Shown here in pieces: positions 59,341 to 64,000 of a DNA stretch of 64,000 nucleotides. Positions within the stretch are counted from its first letter, which is position 1; each line of letters opens with the position of its first letter. The position numbers and the translations under genes were made by a program. The stretch is from Bacteroidia bacterium. GTDB lineage: Bacteria > Bacteroidota > Bacteroidia > JAYUJA01. The stretch spans positions 3,797 through 67,796 of the forward strand of contig JAYUJA010000138.1 in NCBI GenBank assembly GCA_043765495.1. Reading direction: 5' to 3'. The notes below the pieces were generated by a model. That model made no database searches. It saw nothing but the letters and a program-made list of their open reading frames with translations, and was not told the origin of the DNA.

Positions 59341-59557
59341 CAACAATTTTATTCACATTTTACTATTAAAATAAATAACACAATACGTTTCACTAAATAA
59401 ATATGTAAATTATTGTTTATAAAATAATTACTAAATAAAAACTAGCTTAATAATTTCACAAAGTACTTTATATATATTTGTGAAGCTGGAAGTATTGCCG
59501 CATCTTTGCAACATCAAATAACAAACTATTATTTATTCTTTTAATTTTACTTACGTA

Positions 59558-60679
59558 ATGAAAAACAAAACTCTTCAGATGTTAGCAAGCTTATTACTAG
59601 CTTTCACATCTATCAGCAGTGCAAACGCACAAAACCCAATAGCAGTAGACGATAATTTAAGTGTAAATTTCAACACTCCAAAAGAAGGTTTTATTTTATT
59701 CAATGATGCATCGCAAGTAGCAGATAGTACATTAACAGCTATCATTATAACTCCACCATTGCATGGAACAGTATCTTTCAACGTACCAAGTGTAGCTACT
59801 TACACACCAAATGAAGATTATTGTGGTACAGACGTATTTACATACCAAATCACAAATAGTGCAGGATTGACAGATGTAGGTCAGGTAAATGTAACTATTA
59901 GTTATGGCTTGCCACAGTTATACGACTTGCAAATACTACGAGGGCAAACAGTGCATATACAAGGTTTGCCAACAAATGCTGCTTGGACAAATAGTAATGC
60001 TTCTACTGGATTTGCTGCAAGTGGACTAGGTTCTATCCCAGACTTTATCGCTCAAAATGCAGGAACTACCAATGCAATAAGTAGTGTAAGTGTAACTCTA
60101 GTTCCTGGTCCAGCGAATTGTATTGCACAAAACTTAACACAGGATTTTACAATCACAGTACTAGGAGATACTATTGGAAGTGGTGTAATACTTGACACCA
60201 ACTTAATCATAGGAAACGATACATTATTTGGTGGTATGATTATCAATAATACAAACAATGCACAAGATTGGCAGCTATATGAAGACGATATTATGCTACG
60301 CCAAGGTACTGTACCAGCTTTACAAACCCATGGTTTCATGCAACCAGTAAGCCCTAACCATATCTACCGATTAGTAGTAGGATCAGAAGAAGTAGTATAC
60401 AGTACCTTCGCTACAGCAGGTATCCACAACTTGAATACAGTAAGTACAGTAGTATATCCAAATCCAGCTAGCGAAGTACTAAATTTCCAATTAAATACTA
60501 GTGCTTACGATATTTATGAATTAGAATTGTTAGATCTAGCAGGCAAAATAGTACACACACAAGTAAGTAGTTCTGCTTTTATCCAAACCAATGTAAGCAA
60601 CTTATCACCAGGATTGTATACCTATAAAATATCTTCGAAACACACTCCACTAACGGTAGGAAAAATAATGGTAAAATAA
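59558..60679 (+). CDS. Secreted protein with a T9SS type-A C-terminal sorting domain
   Basis: Signal peptide and a C-terminal VVYPNPASEVLNFQL…DLAGKIV…GLYTYKI…VGKIMVK, typical of a type-A CTD. Confidence 0.7.
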   Translation: MKNKTLQMLASLLLAFTSISSANAQNPIAVDDNLSVNFNTPKEGFILFNDASQVADSTLTAIIITPPLHGTVSFNVPSVATYTPNEDYCGTDVFTYQITNSAGLTDVGQVNVTISYGLPQLYDLQILRGQTVHIQGLPTNAAWTNSNASTGFAASGLGSIPDFIAQNAGTTNAISSVSVTLVPGPANCIAQNLTQDFTITVLGDTIGSGVILDTNLIIGNDTLFGGMIINNTNNAQDWQLYEDDIMLRQGTVPALQTHGFMQPVSPNHIYRLVVGSEEVVYSTFATAGIHNLNTVSTVVYPNPASEVLNFQLNTSAYDIYELELLDLAGKIVHTQVSSSAFIQTNVSNLSPGLYTYKISSKHTPLTVGKIMVK

Positions 60680-60708
60680 TTTTAAGTTCTATTTTGATGA
60701 AACTAATA

Positions 60709-60742
60709 CAAAAGACTGTCTTACGAGGCAGTCTTTTTTTTT
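60709..60742 (+). terminator. Rho-independent terminator
   Basis: AAAGACTGTCT/GGCAGTCTTT hairpin followed by a T9 tract. Confidence 0.6.
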
Positions 60743-60811
60743 AAGTAGCACTACCCAAGTTATTATTAAATAAATATTTAACATTATTTAGTATTTATTA
60801 CCTGAAATATA

Positions 60812-60819
60812 TAAATTTG
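60812..60819 (+). promoter_or_regulatory. Candidate -7 box (TAAATTTG)
   Basis: TAnnTTTG match 33 nt upstream of the ATG at 60853. Confidence 0.35.
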
Positions 60820-60852
60820 CACCTTGCAAAAACTCATACATCTTCCTCCTTC

Positions 60853-61602
60853 ATGAAAAAACATATTTGGATAGTAGCATTTCTATTATTACCAACCCTT
60901 ACTGTTTGTACTAAAAAAGTTTATTTAGCAAAAACAGAATTCCAACCTACTACCATGAAGGTAGAAGCAGCAGAAGAGGATACTACCATCGTACGGATTA
61001 TAGCACCTTACAAGCTAGCGATAGATTCCAAAATGAATAGAATAATAGGTATTTCTGAAAAAAACCTAGTAAAAGGCGACCCAGAAGGCTTGTTAGGAAA
61101 TGTAGTATCGGATATTTGTAAAAGCACCATAGAAGCAAAACTAGGACACAATATAGATTTTGTAGTACTGAATAATGGCGGACTGCGAGCGCCAATCCCC
61201 AAAGGAGAAATCACGGTTAGGCATATTTATGAATTAATGCCATTCGAAAATGAGCTAGTAGCCATCAATATAAAAGGAAAAGACGTATACAATGTACTAG
61301 AAATGGTAGCTCTAAAAGGTGGAATGCCAGTATCACAAGGATTTAAGATGGCAATCAAAGAAGGCAAAATAAACGCCATGAGTATCGACGGTAAACCTTG
61401 GGACATGGAAAAAGAATACTGGGTAGGTACTTCCGACTATCTAGCAGCAGGTGGCGATAAGTTTGATTTCACCAAAAGCAAATATACCAAAAAAACAGGC
61501 TTACTGATACGCGAAAGCATCGTGACGTACTGTGAAGAACTATTCAAAAAAGGCAAATCTCTAACCACTACTATTGAAGGACGTATTACCTATGAAAAAT
61601 AA
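60853..61602 (+). CDS. 5'-nucleotidase C-terminal (substrate-binding) domain lipoprotein
   Basis: Lipoprotein signal MKKHIWIVAFLLLPTLTVC and a 5'-nucleotidase C-domain pattern (…LNNGGLRA…GEIT…LMPFENELV…DYLAAGGDKF). Start set at the internal Met. Confidence 0.7.
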   Translation: MKKHIWIVAFLLLPTLTVCTKKVYLAKTEFQPTTMKVEAAEEDTTIVRIIAPYKLAIDSKMNRIIGISEKNLVKGDPEGLLGNVVSDICKSTIEAKLGHNIDFVVLNNGGLRAPIPKGEITVRHIYELMPFENELVAINIKGKDVYNVLEMVALKGGMPVSQGFKMAIKEGKINAMSIDGKPWDMEKEYWVGTSDYLAAGGDKFDFTKSKYTKKTGLLIRESIVTYCEELFKKGKSLTTTIEGRITYEK

Positions 61603-62557
61603 TTTATCTCGCCGTGATTTTCTACGCAATTCGGTAGTAGCTGGCACAGGCTTATTAGTTACTCCTTCGCTATGGGCGTTGCAAGACCTTGCTAATAAGG
61701 GAGAATTTACCAAACTTACTATACTGTATACCAACGATTGGCACAGCCGTATAGAGCCGTGGCCAGCCAGCGATCCAAAAAATCCGAATCTAGGAGGAGC
61801 AGCTCGTCGTTCTACTTTCATTAAAAATGTACGCGCAAAAGAAAAAAATGTATTGTTGCTAGATGCAGGCGATATATTTCAAGGTACGCCCTATTTTAAT
61901 TTTTATGGTGGAGAATTGGAATATAAATTAATGTCTGCGATGGAGTACGATGCCTCTACTATTGGTAATCATGACTTTGATAATGGACTAGAAGGTTTGT
62001 TGAAACAATTGCCATTGGCTTCGTTCGACATGATTAATGCGAACTATGATTTTTCGGACACGGTACTTGCCAAGCATTCTAAAATAAAACCCTATAAAGT
62101 ATTCGTAAAAGATGGGGTGAAAATAGGTATTTTTGGAGTAGGCGTAGAGCTAGAAGGGTTGGTATCCAAAGCAGGCTATGCGAATACAAAATACCTAGAC
62201 CCACTAGAAAAAGCAGCAGAATTATCCTATTTTCTAAAAAATGAATTAAAATGTGATTACGTTATTTGCTTGTCGCATCTAGGATATTCTTATAAAGACA
62301 AAAAAATATCCGATAGAGTACTAGCCGAAGAATCCAAAAATATCAATCTTATCATTGGAGGGCATACGCATACCTATTTAGAAAAACCTACCATCATGCG
62401 CAATAGAGATAAAAAAGAAATATGGGTTACGCAAATGGGGTGGGCAGGGCTACACATGGGACGTATCAATTTGTTTTTCTCTAAAAAAGACAATAAAATA
62501 GTAGGAAGTGAAAGTGCTGCCTTGCTAGTAGACGACGAATTACATAGCAAAGCATAA
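61592..62557 (+). CDS. Calcineurin-like metallophosphatase (5'-nucleotidase N-terminal catalytic domain) with a Tat signal
   Basis: Twin-arginine signal MKNNLSRRDFLRNSVVAGTGLLV and metallophosphatase motifs (NDWHSR, DAGD, GNHDFD, GGHTH). Overlaps the upstream gene by 11 nt. Confidence 0.8.
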   Translation: MKNNLSRRDFLRNSVVAGTGLLVTPSLWALQDLANKGEFTKLTILYTNDWHSRIEPWPASDPKNPNLGGAARRSTFIKNVRAKEKNVLLLDAGDIFQGTPYFNFYGGELEYKLMSAMEYDASTIGNHDFDNGLEGLLKQLPLASFDMINANYDFSDTVLAKHSKIKPYKVFVKDGVKIGIFGVGVELEGLVSKAGYANTKYLDPLEKAAELSYFLKNELKCDYVICLSHLGYSYKDKKISDRVLAEESKNINLIIGGHTHTYLEKPTIMRNRDKKEIWVTQMGWAGLHMGRINLFFSKKDNKIVGSESAALLVDDELHSKA

Positions 62558-62593
62558 ATACAACCAGTTTTTAAAGAAATTCAGAAACAAGTT

Positions 62594-63289
62594 ATGGAAA
62601 GAAATTTTGACGATTTTGATAGCTTTGCAACAGATTATAGAGCTATCCACAATGAGAATATTCATTTTATTGGCACAGATAGTAGTTATTTTGCAGAATT
62701 AAAAGTAAAAAAGATAAGAGAATTAGAAGCTGATGCAGTGTACGATATTGTAGATATCGGCTGTGGAGATGGGATTAGTGCGGTCTATTTCGATACCTAT
62801 TTCCCAAAAAGTAGCTACATAGGCATAGACGTATCCCAAGAAAGCATCGAAGTAGCAAAGCAAAAGCAACTACCCAAAGCAAGTTTTAAGCTATACAATG
62901 GCATCACTATTCCAGTTGCGGATAATAGTGCCGATATACTATTCATTGCGTGTGTATTGCACCATATTAGTTTTGAATACCATCTAGCTTTATTAAAAGA
63001 AATGTATAGAGTGCTGAAACCTGGCGGTAGGTTATACATATTCGAGCACAACCCACACAATCCTGTAACCATGCACATCGTGAATACTTGCCCCTTTGAT
63101 GCAGATGCTGTATTACTAAAACCTTCTTACACGAAACAATTACTAAAACAAGTTCCTTTTGTAAGCAATAAAATAAATTTCATCTTGTTTTTTCCACGAA
63201 AATCATTGTTCAAATATTTTATTACTCTAGAAAAATACCTACAACGCATACCACTAGGTGGGCAATATTTCTCTCGATCTATCAAATAA
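62594..63289 (+). CDS. Class I SAM-dependent methyltransferase
   Basis: VDIGCGDGISAVYF (motif I) and LKPGGRLYIFEHN (motif post-II). Confidence 0.8.
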   Translation: MERNFDDFDSFATDYRAIHNENIHFIGTDSSYFAELKVKKIRELEADAVYDIVDIGCGDGISAVYFDTYFPKSSYIGIDVSQESIEVAKQKQLPKASFKLYNGITIPVADNSADILFIACVLHHISFEYHLALLKEMYRVLKPGGRLYIFEHNPHNPVTMHIVNTCPFDADAVLLKPSYTKQLLKQVPFVSNKINFILFFPRKSLFKYFITLEKYLQRIPLGGQYFSRSIK

Positions 63290-63300
63290 AAAAATACTCC

Positions 63301-64000
63301 ATGAAAATACTCCAAACCATACTAAACTGGAACTACTGGGAAAAATACTTATGGGTGACTATGTTGTTTTGGGGATTCATATACAGTATTATTTCTTTGG
63401 TAAACCATTATAATTTCAGAACGTATGGCTTCGATTTGGGCATTTTTATCAATGAAATATACGACTATCAGCATGGGCATTGGAACGATCCAACTTTGTA
63501 TTATAAATCTATTTATGTTTCTAATTTACTAGCCGATCATTTTAGTATCACTTCCTTATTTATTACCCCTATTGCTAATGTGTTAGGGTCGTATACGTTA
63601 TTAGTAATACAGATAATAGCCATACTACTAGGCGGATACGGAATATACAAATATGTATTTTACAAAAGCAATAATAAAGCCACTGCACATCTATTTACTT
63701 TTCATTTTTTTTGTATTTGGGGCGTATTTTCTGCAGTAAGCTATGATTTTCATTACAATGTAATTGGTACGATGTGTGTACCATATATTTTTCTATATCT
63801 AGAACAAAAAAAGTGGTTGAAATTTACACTATTTGCTTTCCTATTGATTACAAGCAAAGAAAACATGGCTCTCTGGGGGGCTTTTATAGGATTAGGATTG
63901 GCATGGTTGCACTATAAAGATAAATCCATACGAAGCGCATCTTTGTTTTTTGCCTTTGTATCCATTGCTCATTTCTTGTTTGTATTAAAAATATTCGTAC
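63301..64000 (+). CDS. DUF2079-family integral membrane protein, 5' portion (continues past window end)
   Basis: MKILQTIL…YGFDLGIFINEIYDYQHGHW matches the conserved FDLGIF block of DUF2079. Multi-TM. Open to the window edge, which is why it is absent from the ORF track. Confidence 0.6.
   Translation, partial: MKILQTILNWNYWEKYLWVTMLFWGFIYSIISLVNHYNFRTYGFDLGIFINEIYDYQHGHWNDPTLYYKSIYVSNLLADHFSITSLFITPIANVLGSYTLLVIQIIAILLGGYGIYKYVFYKSNNKATAHLFTFHFFCIWGVFSAVSYDFHYNVIGTMCVPYIFLYLEQKKWLKFTLFAFLLITSKENMALWGAFIGLGLAWLHYKDKSIRSASLFFAFVSIAHFLFVLKIFV

Noticed and set aside
1-64000. CRISPR arrays, transposases, integrases, prophage blocks
   Set aside because: No evenly spaced direct repeats of 25-50 bp were seen. 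No ORF has DDE, tyrosine or serine recombinase motifs or phage structural signatures. The tRNA-Ser at 46099 is not adjacent to an integrase and has no obvious att-like duplication of its 3' end.

Overview
This is an AT-rich (about 30% GC by eye) chromosomal segment. The gene content points to a Bacteroidota, probably Flavobacteriia-like, organism. The evidence is five proteins ending in type IX secretion system (T9SS) C-terminal sorting domains of both type A and type B, a ribosomal protein bTHX gene, a BatA-like VWA protein, and many candidate TAnnTTTG sigma-A -7 boxes placed upstream of genes. The window is densely coding on both strands, with about 54 CDS and one tRNA. Most genes are housekeeping: pnp, glmM, parE-like, hemA, ssb, clpS, aroK, upp, rpmH, pssA, an ALDH7-like gene, and a 3-hydroxybutyryl-CoA dehydrogenase. 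I see no CRISPR array, no transposase or integrase, and no obvious prophage. The tRNA-Ser(UGA) at 46099..46183 has its own promoter-like motif and terminator and is not flanked by integration machinery. The stretches I cannot explain by homology are the best places to look for new biology. First, a tightly spaced minus-strand cluster: a 1534-aa secreted protein with no recognisable domains, yggS, tamB, and a polytopic membrane protein. Second, an envelope cluster at 53.7-59.3 kb: a helical-repeat protein, an 1130-aa beta-barrel-like outer membrane protein, and an Ala/Gly/Lys-rich lipoprotein with a CxxCC motif. Third, a pair of unknown lipoproteins at 28.0-29.5 kb, next to a yjfI/yjfJ-like DUF2170-PspA pair. 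Fourth, a same-strand cluster of a 7TM-HD receptor, ClpS, TerD and PssA, where terD and pssA overlap in a TAATG junction. Other notable points are palindromic terminator-like elements in inverted orientation flanking a single gene, a repeated dyad-containing 15-mer in the glmM-pnp divergent region, a GH18-family T9SS cargo protein with a diverged catalytic motif, and a two-gene 5'-nucleotidase whose domains are in reversed order. All calls rest on reading the translated ORFs, motifs and secondary-structure-forming sequence by eye. No database searches were run.
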